Source: Eledone cirrhosa
Taxonomy: Eukaryota
Direction: 5' to 3'
Assembly: GCA_964016885.1 (NCBI GenBank)
Contig: CAXHJY010001117.1
Location: 62,001 to 126,000 of the forward strand
DNA: 64,000 bases
Part shown: one piece after another, positions 62,516 through 64,000 of the stretch
Numbering within the stretch: position 1 is the first letter of the stretch
Layout of the letters: each line of letters begins with the position of its first letter
The notes under the pieces: model-generated
Database searches by the model: none
Told to the model about the DNA's origin: nothing
The model's input: only the letters and a program-made list of their open reading frames with translations
Made by a program: the position numbers and the translations under genes

Positions 62516-63925
62516 CCTTGCCTGTTTCGGTGCATGCGCAGTGAGAATAGGGTGCATCGTGATATAACTTAGATAAAATAAATAGACATGTGGCAAGATA
62601 GACAGACAGACAGACATACAGAATAGATAGATAGATAGATATATATAGATAGATAGATAGAGTGGGGAAGAAGCCATCGTTAATATTGCAAAGCAATTAT
62701 AAAGACAGGCAATAAAATATTTAAGGAGTTCGACAGATCGAACTTCTCATGTCACTGATCACGATTTCGTGAAATTACATCCAACAGCATGCACTAGTTT
62801 TTGTCTCAACATTACTCTATGTTTATATATATATATATTTTTGTATTCTTACGCAATTTAGGTGTAATTAAAGACAATGCTTACTTCTGAAGCGAATATT
62901 CCTCCGCGCTTCCGTTCAATATCGTTTGTTCACACGTCTCAGAGAAGTCATAGCTTTAAGCGGGTTTGTTTAGTGTGGTGGTTGTGTTGTTGTGGTGTGG
63001 TGGTTGTGTTGGTGCTGTGGTAGTGGTGTATGGGTTGAGGTGGTGATGGTGGTAGTGATGGTGGTGGTTTGGTGGTGGCAGTGGCTGTAGTAGTGACAGT
63101 GATGGTTGGTGGTGGTTGCTGTGGTGGTGATTGTGTTATTGAGCTCTTTATATGGGTGTTGTTGTTGTGGTGGTGGTGTTGTTGTCATTAGTTTCGGTGG
63201 TGTTGGTTATGGTTGGTGTGGTGGTTGTGGGATATTATGGTAGTAGTAGTTGTGGTGATAGTGAGGTGTTGAGACCGTTGTCATTGGTTATAATGCTGAC
63301 GGTGTTGTAGACGCACATACACACACATAATCAAATAGACACATACACACACATACACGTAATCACAGTCAAATACACACACTCACATACTTATACACAC
63401 ATATTAACACACACACACGCAGTCTGACAATAAAATTCACACATTCACACATACATACACAATCACACACACACATTCACAGTCTCTCAAAGACACACAC
63501 AGACACACACACTGAGATACACACTGACACACACATATTAACACTAGTTACATACTCAAGAGAAATCCAACTTTGTTAAATTTTTGATAAAGATTAAACA
63601 GTCATCTTTAGTTTTTACAGTATCATCAATTCATTTCTAGTTAATTATTCATCAGGGAGGTTAATTACCTCGGCACGCTGAATTCTAATCATGAAAAAAA
63701 AAAAATCTCTAATTCTTCGTTATCGGTATATAGACATTTAAGTGTCAACAGAGAGAAAATAATTTAAAACTTGATTCGAAATTGCTATGTATAGGTATGA
63801 AGGTCGCCTGAAAAAAATTATAGGATGGAAATCTTATACTTTGACCAAGATTATACGACTGTAGGATCATTCGTTTATAGTTCATAGTCTAATAGGCAAC
63901 TTCTGAAATGTCCAGACGATCTCCG

Positions 63926-63995
<70 letters not shown>

Positions 63996-64000
63996 GAACG

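Noticed and set aside
63796-63820. Mariner-like terminal repeat (tatgaaggtcgcctgaaaaa)
   Set aside because: A short single match with no partner TIR or transposase in the window.

Overview
This is eukaryotic, very AT-rich DNA dominated by microsatellites. The SINE and LINE families and the (TA)n/(TACA)n load look like a coleoid cephalopod, most likely Octopus; that assignment is inferred from recognised repeats, not from a search. No complete protein-coding gene is visible. Nearly all long ORFs in the track are artefacts of stop-free (TA/CA/TG)n or trinucleotide repeats. The window reads as intronic or intergenic. It contains many tRNA-type SINE copies, some with clear target-site duplications, 3' fragments of RTE-type and RLE-type (R4/NeSL/CRE-like) non-LTR retrotransposons, and several diverged 40-180 bp tandem arrays. 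There are a few low-confidence candidate small exons. The most notable feature is a set of short fold-back elements inserted in TA arrays, belonging to several sequence families that look unrelated by eye. Most carry minimal type-I hammerhead ribozyme motifs and resemble Penelope-like pseudo-LTRs or retrozymes. One keeps a GIY-YIG-like remnant, two have a compensatory U3-A8 core, and one family shows stem covariation between copies.
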